From the NCBI RefSeq assembly GCF_006345805.1, contig NC_043008.1:15500001-15564000 (forward strand): a stretch of DNA of 64,000 bases, written 5' to 3'. Of this stretch, positions 42,239-56,894 are shown piece after piece. The notes under the pieces were generated by a model. It was given only the letters and a program-made list of their open reading frames with translations. It was not told where the DNA came from and did no database searches. Position 1 is the stretch's first letter; each line of letters starts with the position of its first letter. The translations under genes and the position numbers were made by a program. This DNA is from Octopus sinensis. Its lineage: Eukaryota.

Positions 42239-42241
<3 letters not shown>
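41977..42241. repeat. ~118-bp imperfect inverted repeat around a TA-rich spacer
   Basis: Arms at 41977-42095 and 42122-42241, roughly 90% complementary. Confidence 0.9.
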
Positions 42242-42309
<68 letters not shown>

Positions 42310-42370
42310 GGATATGCACACACACATATATACATATATATGTTTATGTATATATGTATGTATATACATA

Positions 42371-42402
<32 letters not shown>

Positions 42403-42405
<3 letters not shown>

Positions 42406-42612
42406 GGAGAACCACACTACATATGGAACATCCGTTTCCCACAGTACAGGCAGATTCCTTTCAGTGAACACATAGAGAGTTATGCAGGTAATATTCAACC
42501 AAACGTCACAGTTTTTGCTATCTACCTGTATAAAGAAACAATTTCTGTAGAAGAATGTTTAAATTCAGAGAAATTATTTATTGAAAAATACAGCAGACGC
42601 CTAAAGAAATGA
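42403..42612 (+). pseudogene. Second PLE GIY-YIG C-terminal fragment
   Basis: RRTTLH / [16 protein letters not shown]...[11 protein letters not shown] aligns with RRCTLH..FPEYRMVPFSEHIE...LNREPFFIEKY of ORF 59482..59955; follows (TA)n. Confidence 0.8.
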
Positions 42613-43890
42613 AAGCAATAGAATATATATAAATATGTCCTTGGGTCAATGTGTTTAGCTAAAACCATTTTAAGTGGTGCTCCAATAACGGAAGCAAGTA
42701 CTGAAAATAAAAGAAAAATATATATTCGTATAAGTTACTTAGGACATATGTACGTACTTGTAAAGATGAACGAAAACCTCACACATAGATTTAAATGTAA
42801 CTTGCTAGGCACCATATACTGTTTTTAGCTTGTTTCTGCTGGGTTGCTTTTAAAAGGATCAAATGTATGCGAAATCCCAGCGTTAGGCAATTATACGTGC
42901 ATTATTAAAAAGACAAAATAAACGAAGATATTTTTTATACATTTTATTCTTCTCAGAATTTATTTTTCACTAAACTGAGATAATCTTAGAATTATATAGT
43001 TATTATTTCGCCATTAACAATTTAAGTAATCTTTGCTAAACTATCACATTAGCTTCCACGCAATTGAGCAGATGATGTTGCAAGTTGTAACGTTCACAAC
43101 AAGATAACAAGAAGGAATAAAGTGAGCAATAATCTCATACACAAATTGCCAAATGTAAATGTATGTATATGTTTCATGCTGAACAAAAAAAAAAAAGACC
43201 ATTATTTAATTTTTTTTCTTTTTTTTTCTTTTTGATATTTTTTATTTTGTTTCCTTGGTAGATATGGTTCTTTGTTCTCGATAAGTCAATCTTTTATATT
43301 TTTAAGGTTTTTTTTTTCGTTCTTGTCTTCCTCTAAAAATATGTTGTGTATAAAAATCTATGTTTAAATAATTTTTAAAAAATTCAGGAAATTGTCAGAA
43401 ATATTTAAATATCTTTTTAACGTCTTTCAGATCGAATTAAGTTCGGAAGTACAGAGAACTGAACGCATGCAGAATAAGTTTTTAAAAATGTACAAGGTAT
43501 GTTAAAAGTGACATTGGTGGGGAATTCGTCAGGTATCTCTAGATTCTTCATTTGCCATTCCACCCTACATATGAGAATCCCTGTGGAGCTCTGTAGAAAG
43601 GAGACCAGCACAGTTTGACCTCGCAAAACCCCAATTTGGTTGAATATTTACATGTCAAAATACGTTTTTTTTTCGTGGAATTTATATATCATTTGAATGT
43701 TCTATATATAAACTTTCTTCTGATATACTCATAACAAATTTTCTCAATTATCATGGTATCCCCAACCGTTTTTGTTTTTGACCACCGAACGGTAACTTTA
43801 ATTCTGGTTCGAAGCACTAGAACACTATAAATTGATTTGTGTTGAAAATGATACAGTTACGAAGAGGATTTGTTTTGTTTTATTTTTGAT

Positions 43891-44028
43891 AGGCGTAAGA
43901 ATGGGTGTGTTGTAAGTAGCATGCTTACGAATCACATGATTCCTGAGGCAAGTGTCTTCTACTATAGCCTCGGGTTGCCTAAGGCGTTGTGAGTGGATTT
44001 GGTAGACGGAAAGTGAAAGAAGCTCGTC

Positions 44029-44065
<37 letters not shown>

Positions 44066-44385
44066 TAAATGAAAGAATGGAGTCGAACGAAGATGTTAAC
44101 AAAATTCCTTTACTCTCAACACATGTTTTCCATGCTGACGATAAACATAGGATAATTCATTCACCTACTTAAATATATATATGTATATATGTGTGTGTAT
44201 ATGTCCAACTAAAAGCGCTTGACAACCGATCCTGGTGTATTTACGTCCCCATAAATTAGCGGTTTGGCAAAAGAGACTGATAGTATAAGTACTAGGCTTA
44301 CAAAGAAGAAGTCCTGGGTTCGATTTGCTCGACTAAAGGGGGTACTCCAGCATGGCCACAGTCACATGTAAAAGAGTAAAACAGA
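43891..44385 (+). mobile_element. SINE family A with an insert in its internal (TA)n
   Basis: Head and tail match the family; foreign segment at 44062-44172. Confidence 0.8.
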
Positions 44386-44735
44386 TATAAAAGTCGATGG
44401 TGGTAGATTAGATAATCGTTATGAAATTTGAAAGTGGAAATTTTATCGTGAATTTTCTCTTGGATAAAACGTATTTCGTTCAAGATTTTCATTGCATAAG
44501 AAACAAAAGTTTCTGCTGAATTCTGGTCACGATATGGCACAAATGAGCAAATTCAATAAAAAGAGACTACAACGGCTGCTTGTGTAGGATGGAAGCACAC
44601 TGAAACTTCTGGGCAAATTTCTGTGTGTGTGTGTGTGTGTGTGTAGATATGTGTGTGTGTGTGTGTGTGTATGTATCTGCGTGTGTGTGTGTGTGTGTGT
44701 GTGTAGATATGTGTGTGTGTGTGTGTGTGTGTATC

Positions 44736-44780
<45 letters not shown>

Positions 44781-45000
44781 ACGCGCGCTTATGTATGTAA
44801 GAAAAACATATTTACCAAAAGAAAAGTATGCTAGACGAAAAGGATTGATTTCAGGGAGATTTAGTTGTTGTTTCTAGCACATTATCATTTTCTAGCAGAT
44901 TGCTTCAGCGCGATTATCTTATACCTTCCCTATTTACCACCACCGCCACCACCACACGGAGTTTTATCATGGCTACCGAATAATTGTCGCATATCATATT

Positions 45001-45075
<75 letters not shown>

Positions 45076-45822
45076 CATATGTGTGTGTGGGTCTGTCTGT
45101 GTTGGGTCCCTAACATATCTTGGCAACCGCTGCTGGCGTGTTTACGTCACCGTAACATTGCGGTTCGGCAAAACAGACCGATCGAGTAAGTACTAGGCTT
45201 CCAAAGAATAAGTCCTGGGGTCGATTTGATCGACTGAAGGTGGTGCTTCAACATGGCCGCAGTCAAATGAGTGAAACAAATTAAAGAATAAAAAATAGGA
45301 GACTTTTTAAAAAGCTTTCTACGCAACAAAAACCCATATTTCATATTTGTACATTACGACTACTTGAAAATTTTCGAACATTTTTATGCGGCATGCTATA
45401 CTTCAATCTTTCTATCTATGGTTTACGATATTGTTTTAGTTATGAAAGTGTTCCTATCATGCAATAATTTTCATTTTTCTCGTTCCTGTCACCATGCTAC
45501 CATACCATATTTTATGGATGTATACTGTTTTCTTTTCCGAGCACAAATCACCTTCAGTTATAAATTTATTGATATATTATGGGTTAGAAAGGAATTTAGA
45601 ACAGACGAAAAAACAAAGAATTAGAGACGGATTTTTCAAGGAATATATATGAGTTAACAGTGGTTGTATTAAACGTGTTTCACTGTCACTGAAATTGAAA
45701 ATTTAAGTTAACATCACTGTTGTATCTGACTTAGTATGTAACAGAATTTAGTGACTCACTAAAGGATAAAACTTTTAACTTTTATTATATACTCTTTCTA
45801 AGTTCGAATACTATTGCAAATA

Positions 45823-46188
45823 TTCCTTTCTACTATAGCCAGAGGGGTAAGTCGATTATATTGACCCCGGTGTGTAACCGGTACTTATTAAATCGACCCC
45901 GAAAGAATGAAGGAAAAGTCGACTTCGGCGGAATTTGAACTCAGAACGTAACGGCAGAGGAAATATCTATTTCTTTACTATCCACAAGGGGCTAAACACA
46001 GAGGAGACAAACAAGGACAGACAAAGGGATTAAGTCGATTACATAGACTCCAGTGCGTAACTGGTACTTAATTTATCGACCCCGAAAAGATGAAAGGCAA
46101 AGTGAAACTCAGTGGAATTTGAACTCAGAACGTAGCGGTAGACGAAATACCGCTAAGCATTTCGCTAACGATTCTGCCAGCTCGGCGC
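45823..46188 (-). mobile_element. SINE family C dimer
   Basis: Two cores with the same junction type. Confidence 0.85.
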
Positions 46189-47546
46189 GTTTACCATTGA
46201 AAATATTGAACTATAATAACCGCACCCAAAAAGAAAAATACAAACGACAGTGTTCTGGGGTTGTTTCGTTTTCCACTGATACTATTCTCCTGTATTTTTA
46301 TATTTTGTCCTAATTGAAATACCAATGTAATGAAAATATGACGGTTTCTAGTCAGTTATTTAAAAGCTTTAATCATCCTATTTTCGTATTGAACAAACAG
46401 AAGGAAATTTGAGCAGAAACTAATATTGCAGAAAAAATTTGCTCAATTATGTTGAAATCATGATTAGGAATTGTAAGAATCTAATGGAATAAATTTGAAT
46501 TCTTATTCAAGAATTGTTAATTCTTTAAATTGAATTATGGAACTGTTTAAAATCTACATTCAGCATCTTCGTATTGAGCTAACTTTCAGATTTTAGTGAC
46601 AAATATATAACATGGCGTCATAAAAGTCTCATATTGCTTCAAATATGTAATGTTTGATTTCCAAGTTTATACTGAGGATCTAAGTATTAGATATTTAATT
46701 TCTAGATGAAAGATTTACAGATATGAAATTTTGAATGTGAGTCAGGTGTCAAACTGGTGCAAAAAGGAAGTTCAGTAAAGATACTAAGGAAATATCTTGA
46801 AGTTTAAACAGAAATTACAACTTACCTTAAACTCTGAATTTCACATATCTTGCTAAGATCTCAAAGACTTATGCTTGGAATATGAATATAAATCAGAATA
46901 ATTGTTTTGGCAAACTTAAAATTTAAAAGTCAAATAATAAAGTGCATATGTACTTTATTAGTGTAGTGTTTAATGTAATTATATATGAGGAACATTAATT
47001 AAGAATTTTACGTATGTATGTGCATGTGTGTATGTATGTGTGTGTGTGTAGAATCATGGGAACATTTTTGAAAAGCCTCCGGACAGTTATAATCTCCGAT
47101 TTACTTAAAAGTAAAGAGATAAACTTAACTCTTTAATCGTCTCTTTTATAACATCGAACCTCGGATGCACTAATCTACAAATGGCAGTTCCTACTCCTCT
47201 CCAAGTGCCAAACCGCGTATTCCTTATCTATAGTTCATCTCTGCATATAATGTGAAGAAATGTGATGAAGAAATGTGATGAAGAAAAAGGAGATGAGTTG
47301 ATATAATGTATAATGTAGAGAGATATGGATTGCTGTTGACATGCTCTTTGCATAACTTCAGTAAGAAAATAGATGTGTTGAGGTACTGGAGTATTTCGTA
47401 TCAAGAAAGCTAAATTCACAATATGATGCCTGCTGGTTGGTTTGAGAACATTACTGCGATATTCTTGGAGACTTGAAATGCATCCACTCGGATGAAGCGA
47501 GGCTGAAATGCCTCATGCATTTATGAAAAAAACGGTATTCTTGGTG

Positions 47547-48061
47547 GTATTCTTGAAGCGGTATTCTTGGAGGCATTAAAGGCGGCGAGCCGGCAGAATC
47601 GTAGCACGCCGGGTGAAATGCTTAGAGGTATTTCGTCTGCCGCTACGTTCTGAGTTCAAATTCCGCCGAGGTCGACTTTGCCTTTCATCCTTTCGGGGTC
47701 GATAAATTAAGTACCAGTTACGCATTGGGGTCGATATAATCGACTTAATACCTATGTCTGTCCATGTTTGTCTCCTCTATGTTTAGCCCCTTGTGGGTAA
47801 TAAAGAAATAGGTATTCTTGGAGGCATTAAAGGCGGCGAGCCGGTAGAATCGTAGCACGCCGGGTGAAATGCTTAGAGGTATTTCGTATGCCGTCACGTT
47901 CCGAGTTCAAATTCCGCCGAAGTCGACTTTGTCTTTCATCCTTTCGGGGTCGATTAAATAAGTACCAGTTACGCACTGGGGTCGATATAATCAACTTAAC
48001 CCGTTTGTCTGTCCTTGTTTGTCCTCTCTGTGTTTAGGCCCTTGTGGGTAGTAAAGAAATA
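47547..48061 (+). mobile_element. Two head-to-tail full SINE family C copies
   Basis: Each copy is preceded by GGTATTCTTGGAGGCATTAA. Confidence 0.85.
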
Positions 48062-49347
48062 GATATACTTGGAGACATCTACTCTGAAAGATCGAGGCTG
48101 AAATCCCTTATACACTTAAGGAAAACGACGCGATATTCTTGGAGGAATCCACTCTCATGGAGTTAGGCTGAGATTCCACACACATTTATGGAAAATGATC
48201 TAAATCGTGATGGCATACTTGTTCAATATGACTTTATATACTCTGTAATGTCTTCATTATACGATATATAAAGTGCTATGCCGATTATTTAAGAGAGACT
48301 ATAAATGGTAGTATTTCTGCATAATGTTTTTTATTTAGATTTATCCTATTTCATATGCATTCTTTGCTCTCTTCAATAAATAGGTTATCTTAACATAATA
48401 ATCACTATATTAAAAAACTAATTTAAAATTCTCTGCCTTGTCAATCGGTGGTGATTTATAATTATTAATAAATTGGACTTGTGTTACTCAATTAAATGTT
48501 CACTTTTTTTCATAAGTCTGACTAGAGTTAAAAAAATAAAATAGATGCGTAAAGAGAACAAGCGAAGATGACACTTCACCATTTGACATGATAATTCTCT
48601 TGTAATGAACTTTGATTAAATTTCGGTTCGCTTTCTTTTGCTAGTGCAAACACGTGCTTTCGTATTTCAATTTACTCTTGAGAAAAAGTACAAATATTTC
48701 TAGAAAGTTGACAACACATAACATTGCTAAAGCTATAAAAAAAAAAGACGAGCAAGAAATGCTACCTTTATGGAAACAAATAAAGAATTCCTAGCACAGA
48801 ATTTGAATACGATAAAAAATTAGCAATAATAGTACTGCACCAGAGTACACTCCCTGCACTTCTGATCTCCGCTTTTTGTGATGCCTGTAAAAGTTACACG
48901 TTTTATCAATCGGGTTTAATGTAAAATAAGTACAGTTTTCATGAATAAAGTACATTAAAGCGTCTATCTTTTTCAAGGTAGCACACTCTTAAAGATATGG
49001 CAGTGCGTTTATTGAACATAATCAATATTTTAATCACATGGAAGTTAATGTCCCGTAAGCAATGTGTGATCAGAGAATGATAAGCTTTAAACAAGTTCTG
49101 TTGCAATCTGAAACGAATTTACATTTAACCCAACTAGTTTGGAAATATTTATACACCTATTTTGTTATTACAAATTTGTGTTATTTTTTTTAATGAAGAA
49201 AATATTTAAATGAGATACGGTTAATGAGTTGAAGAGCAGCATGGAAAGGAAATTTGATTAAGACAGGAAGTGCTCGCAGTTCCTATTTGCAGTGAAAGAT
49301 AGGGAAAAATATGCATAGAATTATACAATATTTTTTTTTTTACTACC

Positions 49348-49758
49348 AGGCGTAGCTGTGTGGTAAGAAGCTTGCTTCCCTACCATATGGCTCTGTGTTC
49401 AGTGCCACTGCGTGGAACGTTGTACAAACATCTTCAACTATAGCCTTAGTCCAATCAAAGCCTCGTGAATGGATTCAGTAGACGGAAGCTGAAAAAAGCC
49501 CGTCATATGTGAATGTATGTATATGTATATATTTGTATATATGTCTTTGTGTCTGTGTTTGGTCCTCTACCATCGCTCGACAAACGATACCGGTATGTTT
49601 ACATCCCCGTAACTTAGCGTTTCGGCAATAGAGCCCGATAGAATAAGTACTAGGCTTACAGAGAGTACGTCCTGGGTTCGATTTCTTCGACTAAAACACT
49701 TTAAGGCGGTGTTCTAGCTTGGCCGCAATCAAATGATTGCAACATGTAATAGAATGAA
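49348..49758 (+). mobile_element. SINE family A
   Basis: Head, body and tail match the family; an opposite-strand tail follows at 49836-50040. Confidence 0.8.
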
Positions 49759-49791
49759 ATATATATATATGTATATGATTGTGTGTGTATG

Positions 49792-49836
<45 letters not shown>

Positions 49837-50041
49837 TCTCTTTTACTGTTTTACTCCTTTACTTGTTTCAGTCATTTGAATGCGGCCATACTGGCGCACC
49901 ACCGTTTAGCCGAGCAAGTGAACCCCAAGACTTATTTTTTATAAGCCTAGTATTTATTCAATCGGTCTCTTTTGCTGAACCGCTAAGTTACAGGGACGCA
50001 TACACACCAGCATCAGTTGTCAAGCGATGTTGGGGGGACAA

Positions 50042-50072
<31 letters not shown>

Positions 50073-50862
50073 TATATAATGCACACATACATATTTATGT
50101 ATATATAAATATGCATATATACATATATATATATATATATATGCACACACATACACACATATATGTATATAAGTGTGTGTGTGTGTGTGTGTGTGCGTGC
50201 GTGTGTGTGTGTGTGAGAGTGTTTGTACACATATTTTTTGACGATGGGAGATGTATCAGTTCGAAGAACTATAAATGGCTTGATGTTGTTCACGGTGGCT
50301 CTCAGTTTAGCTGGGCTGACTCACATTCTTTGCCTTTCTGGTCGTCATCTGCATCAGATGTAGAAAAGAGATAGATTGTCATGTACTGAAACAGCGGTTG
50401 ACAGCCATTCACTCCGTTATTGTCTCAAGTGGTCTGTCCTTAGCCATTCTGGCTTTGATGCTTCTCCGCTACTTCAGCCGTTATTTGTATATATAAAAGT
50501 CAGGATGTGTGTGTGTGTATGTGTGTGTGTACGTGAATGTAATTTATGCACGTCCACAAATTAGCATGCATGTCACTCCAATTTTAGGAGGACATTCGCC
50601 ATAATCCTAGCTGTATTTTCGTCAACTTATTTTACCCAGAGGCACCAGCGAATAGCGGTAAAGATAGATTTTCAACCAAAACTTTTGACAATTTTCAAGT
50701 CGGAGAAATTACCATTGTTTGCAAACAGGAGTTAAGTCCCCTTCTAGCGACGAGTAAGTTTTTGTTAAAACTTTTGATGTTGTTTTCCCATCGAGGAAAA
50801 AAGTGTTTTGTTGATATACGGGCAACATACTCACACACACAAACATTACACACACACACACA

Positions 50863-50893
<31 letters not shown>

Positions 50894-51670
50894 CAAATAC
50901 ACACACACACACTCACACACACATACCAACATGTATGCGTATAGAAAACATGTATGCAATACATGCAATGCATGTATGTAAAAGGTGTACGTATTCAAAC
51001 AGAATCCAACGTATGCCTCGCATATATAACATGATTTAATTTACTATATTAGGCACCAAATATGTAGATATATTTTGTATTCTATGGATATACCTTGCTA
51101 TTTATTTGCGACAATACAATATCCATATACAATTAGCTATATTCATTACGTTTCGCTTCTTTAACGTGACTTGACGTCTGCTAAACTTAGTGAAATTTCT
51201 TATATTAAAGTAACGTCTTTCACTAATTCTATATTATCACCTACATCATATCATTTGTATATACGTTCATGTTTGTATAAGATTAAAATTAAAATATATA
51301 AAGCCAAAAAAAATGAAACAAAATAAAACGATTTTCATTGTATATCATATTTAAAAATTTCTATATGGTAAATATCTTGAAGTAAAATTGCTTTCCTTTT
51401 CGCAAGAAAAATTTCTAAGAAGAAAAAGATGATAAATGAATAAAATAGTTCGGGGGCACAGCCTTTGTATATGTGTCTATGAATCTGTCATAGAAATACT
51501 TACAAGCATACATGCATGCACACATACATGCATACATATATCGTACAAACAAACGTTCGTATATACACGTATACGTATTTATTTTTTTCATAAACACATA
51601 TGTGTGTATCTATATGTATATGTATGTATATATACATATATGTGTGTGTATGCATGTATAGATGCGTATA

Positions 51671-51755
<85 letters not shown>

Positions 51756-52062
51756 GTGTGTGTGTGCGTGTGTATGTATGTGTTCGCTTAGAAACGGTAT
51801 TGGAGAATTAGTTCGCTCCATGATCACGTTGTTTCGAGTTCATCCCACGACTTCCATTTTTATTTCACATAAAAACTTGTTTCACTAAATTCCTTGTTTC
51901 ATTTCTTAAAATTGCACTCCAAAAATAATGAAATCTGCACTTTCTTGTGCAGAGAAATTCTGACCAAAACTTAAAATTACCACAGTTTGAGTTTTGTTAT
52001 GCTGATGTTTTCAAATTAGGGTGAAATGGCGTCTTACATAGCTACCTGAGTTTAATAATATA

Positions 52063-52475
52063 TTACTCTTTTACTCTTTTACTTGTTTCAGTCATTTGAC
52101 TACGGCCATGCTGGAGCACCGCCTTTAATCGAGGAACTCGACCCCGGGACTTATTCTTTGTAAGCCCAGTACTTATTCTATCGGTCTCTTTTTGCCGAAC
52201 CGCTAAGTAACGGGGACATAAACACACCAGCATCGGTTGTCAAGCAATGCTAGGGGACAAACACAGACACACAAACATATACACACACACTTATATATAT
52301 ATATACATATATACGACGGGCTTATTTCAGTTTCCGTCTACCAAATCCACTCACAAGGCTTTGGTCGGCCCGAGGCTATAGTAGAAGACACCTGCCCAAG
52401 GTGCCACGCAGTGGGACTGAACCCGGAACCATGTGGTTCGTAAGCAAGCTACTTACCAGACAGCCACTCCTGCGC
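52063..52475 (-). mobile_element. tRNA-derived SINE family A (CORE-like body, internal TA/TG tract, CR1-like tail), full length
   Basis: A/B-box head GCGCAGGAGTGGCTGTCTGGTAAG...GGTTCAGTCCC; tail GGCGGTGCTCCAGCATGGCC...(GAGTAAAA)n. Confidence 0.9.
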
Positions 52476-54291
52476 ATATACTATATATGTTTATTCAATA
52501 CACTTTCTTTGTTTCAATTGGATTTTCTCGCTTACAAAATGTGCCGTCATGGCAGCGCAAATTCTGTTTAGCATAATTTTCTTAAAAATCAAGCTTTCTC
52601 TACTTCCCTAAATACAAGTTCAAAGCAAACTTCTGAACCATAAACAATGCCTTTAATATTAGTTTCAACTTTTGGCACAAGATCAGTAATTTTGGGGTAC
52701 GTGGAAGTCGATTATATAGTCTCTAGTGCGCAACAGCTACTTATTTTATCGACCCAGAAAGGATGAAAGCAAAGTGGAGCTTGGTGGAATCTGAACTCAG
52801 AACGTAAGTACGGACAAAAATATTTCGCTCGACGTGCTAATGATTCTGCCAGCTTGTCGCCTTAAACAATGCTTTTAACATTAATAAGGAAAATTTTCCA
52901 GTTCTTTCTCTATATTGAAGGGTAAAATATTTCAAGTATGCAATAGAATATCGTTATTCTTATAAGGGTCGATATTTTATTGTTGGTAATATAGGAAATC
53001 AGAAGACACTTTATCATTAACTCCCTACTCTTTTTTCTATTTTAATATCATATAATTTATGAGATATTTTGATAAGAAGATATAATTTAAAAAGCGATAT
53101 TATATTGGCACTATATTTTATTGCCGAATGTAGTACATAGGGCTTCTTAAAGCACATGAAATTCAGCCCAGTTTTGGATGAGTTTCGTTCTATTCGTTGT
53201 CAGGAAAATTAAAATTTCCGCTGAATCTAAAGCACAACATCCATCCAAATGACTATTAATAATTAATGAATAACGTTCATTGATTTTGACAATGGTTTAT
53301 CGACATTTAGTTTCATTTTGACGTATTTGGATATTTCTTTGGTTTACAATATATCCCAAAATACGGTATCTAAGAGTCTCACAAATATGTTATTAGGAAC
53401 GACTTGAACAACATCACCTTCTTCTTTCTCTTGTTTGCATTATGGACGATCTGTGTGTATGGAAACAGAGCTGTTATTAGAAGACAAATTTATTTGGAAA
53501 AAGTAAGTACCTATATTTATTTCAGCTACTTTTATTTCTAACGCCTGAAGACCAGAAATGAATCTATACAATTCAAACATACATATTATTTATCTTCGCC
53601 AACTGAACATCGTTATATACTTATCATATGCATTATTTTATGAATAACCTTTGTTACAGAGAGGATTATTTAATAATCAGTGTAGAATGGCGAGAAATAT
53701 AACGCTCAGAGTATGGAAGAATAAAATTCTACGTTGGTAGACATCTACTTGACGTTGCTTTCTAGTTTTTAACTTAATGTATAAGCTTTATTTTCCATAT
53801 ATTATGAATAGATGATCTATTATAGGAACCGTTTTGAATGATCGTCTTATTTCCGACACATCAGGTACGCTGAGATGAATTCTTTAACACGTGAAGCAGG
53901 TGCTCATTTCTATTTACAATAAACGACATCCGTTCTGGGCTTTCACATAATTACCAGAAGTTAACAGCTTTGTCAGTATAATGATATAAGTAGATTAAAT
54001 ATTCAATATCTATAGAAAATGGATGTCTACCGAAAAGACTGAGTTCTTGAGAATGTGAAGATTTATATGCTTGAATTCATGTATGGTTGTATGTTGTATG
54101 CATGCATGTGTGTTCATATATATAACTATAATAAAAACACATTAACATTCAACTTAAGAATTACCCAATATTGTTTTGAAGGGTACATATTAACTATGCT
54201 CTTTAGAATATGACAGTAACTTCGAAGTCACGGCATTTTAAGCTTCAACAGTCAGACAAAGACTAGAAGGCCAATTTTTCGAATGTTATAG

Positions 54292-54380
54292 AATAAAGCC
54301 ACCTTCAATTTCAACAAATGCTTTTATATGAGATCTAAATCATCTACATGCTCCAAGCGACTGGTCCTGGTTCATTTTTA
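54292..54380 (-). mobile_element. Short fragment of the same mariner family as 57032-57120
   Basis: Near-identical AATAAAGCCACCTTCAA...GGTCCTGGTTCATTTT. Confidence 0.75.
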
Positions 54381-55099
54381 CTGTAAAAGTATATGTGCGT
54401 GTGTGTGTTTATGGGGGTGTGTTTGTGGATGTGTATGTCTGTCTGTGTGTGCGTAAACAAGAGGAAAGTGAAAGATACTCTCCATACCGACAGCATAAGA
54501 ACGTAACTTATTTTGAATTTGAAAGCTTCACAAACAGTTATTTCGAAAATCTCCTTCAAGATTTTCGACCAGTTATTTAAAATAGAACATGAAATATTAC
54601 CTTTAATGACTATATATAAAACATGTTTTACTATATTAGCATAAGCTGTTAGGTGAACATGGAATATTCAGAAGTATATGTTTTGAAAGATATAATTTTT
54701 ATTTTAATCTTGGGCGAGTCATTATGTCTCTGATAAACACACAAGCAGAGGACACGAATAAAGTCGCGATTAAAGACGTAAAAACTGATAACCCTAACTG
54801 ATTGATTGACTGATCGATTAACCGAAGTATCATTTAAATGTTATAAAAATGATGGAAGTCGAAGTCGATTTCGGCGGACTTTGAACTCAGAATGTAATGA
54901 TGAGCGAAATGCCGCTGATTACTTTGCCCGGCGTGCTAACGAATCTGCCAGCGCACCGACTTTGCTTCATTTAATATATTGAACAGATTATGACACCCAA
55001 AAGAGCTATCAAGTTGCTTTGCTTCGTCAAACTACTGTGCAATTGGAGTGAACATTTTTCAACTAAATGTAATGGGTAGATTCCTCGACTCTAGATTCT

Positions 55100-55750
55100 A
55101 CATGTTGAACCAATATTTTTTCCTATGTCATTGATCAATAAAGAACAAACACAAAACTCCCAAAACGATGAAAAATTGGAAAGCCACCGGTCTAAATTAC
55201 ATCTCTGTCAAGAGATGGAAGCTGGTTGGACATCGCAGAAGATACAAAGTCTTGAGTTTGCACCAGAAGATCCTCATGTTACTGCTGTCTGTTTTGCTAT
55301 ACATTCCTAGTCTACAAGAATAAGTTCAATGCGTTTGAATGCACCGATTATTGCTTAATCCAGCTGTTTTCTCAATCTATAAACATTTTCAAACGTATCA
55401 TCCAAGATATATTGCACAACACCATCTATATCTTAGCCAAGCAATGCGGAATTCTTCAGCGAAGTGGAATAATCGATGTTATATACTGTCTCTGATTGAT
55501 AAAAGAAGAATTGAGAAAATATCAATTCTAACCATTTGCCATTCCTTGAGGCAGGATTGTCGACTAGTTTTGAGTTATTGACTAGAGTCCCAGTTTTAGC
55601 ATCGTGATAGGAGCCAGCTCCAAGGTATGCTAAATACCATGATACGTTAATTAATGTGGAATACCATTTTCCACAGGGTTTTTCGTTGAGCATGAATATG
55701 AGTTTCAGCTCCTGTTATTAATCCTGTTCATAGACACGATAATCTATATG
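55100..55750 (+). mobile_element. Possible second Chapaev3-like fossil
   Basis: CQEMEAGWTSQKIQSLEFAPEDPHVTAVCF weakly resembles the N-terminal Cys/His region of that family. Confidence 0.3.
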
Positions 55751-56626
55751 TTAACCCATCCGTGGATGTAGGTGATTGCCTTATACCAAAAGCTAAAGGT
55801 TTAACTACAACGATGATGATGTTTCAAAACATGTTGCAGACCGATTGCTACATTAATATTAGGGGCCAGACCGTGACGAAACTCATAAAAATCTAGACGG
55901 CAACGATGAAAGTCAAATAATCAAGCAAACTACACATCTTTTCAGAACAGAAACTGTCATATATCTTTCTCTAACTTTACAAATACAACTCTATCATAAC
56001 TTTGAGGCAGTAACATTAATGAAATTATAATTATAAAATATAATATATGACAAATTAGCATTATTTGTTTGCTGTTTAAATTACATATTTTTTAAGTTGC
56101 ATACATAAAATAAATAGTTCGGAGGAAAACATAATTATCTTCATTCATAAAAAAATATAAGAAATGCATAACGCTGCCGGTTGTATAGAGAGCAAGGATT
56201 TTAGCATGTGTTGAAAGATTGCTATGATGTATAAATCTGCTCTTTGGCGTATTACAAAATAAAGAAACACGTTGTGTATGATAAAGAAACGCAAGAGTTC
56301 CCTACGAGGCTAAACTATAAAAGACTACATGACTACATGTATGGATGACTGACGATATATTGATAAAAATTCAAGGCCTATGGGGGAGAAAAGAAGAAAA
56401 GATTGGCATGACTCAAATTTTCATATAATTCCATATAGATCCTATATTTGTATGACCACACGCTGAATGATTATAGATTACGCTACTTTCTTTCTAACTG
56501 AATTTGCAATACATATACACATTTGCAATACAAATCCAGGAATCGCTGTGGTGAAGAGTATATATTAAAATTCACCAATTTTGAAAAGTGAACTGAGAGA
56601 ATGGATGTATATTTCGTTCGTCAGTT

Positions 56627-56657
<31 letters not shown>

Positions 56658-56699
56658 TACACACACACAGACACAGACACAGACACACACACACACACG

Positions 56700-56745
<46 letters not shown>

Positions 56746-56894
56746 TAAGAGAGTTAACGATAAATGGCTAACTCTAGAGCTAGAAATAGCTCCTTTATCT
56801 CCCTGGTTTCTATGTGCTAGGCCACTTGCTGTTAAACTGACGATATTATTAAAATAATATCTAATTTTTCACCCTCATTTATGTATATATATAT

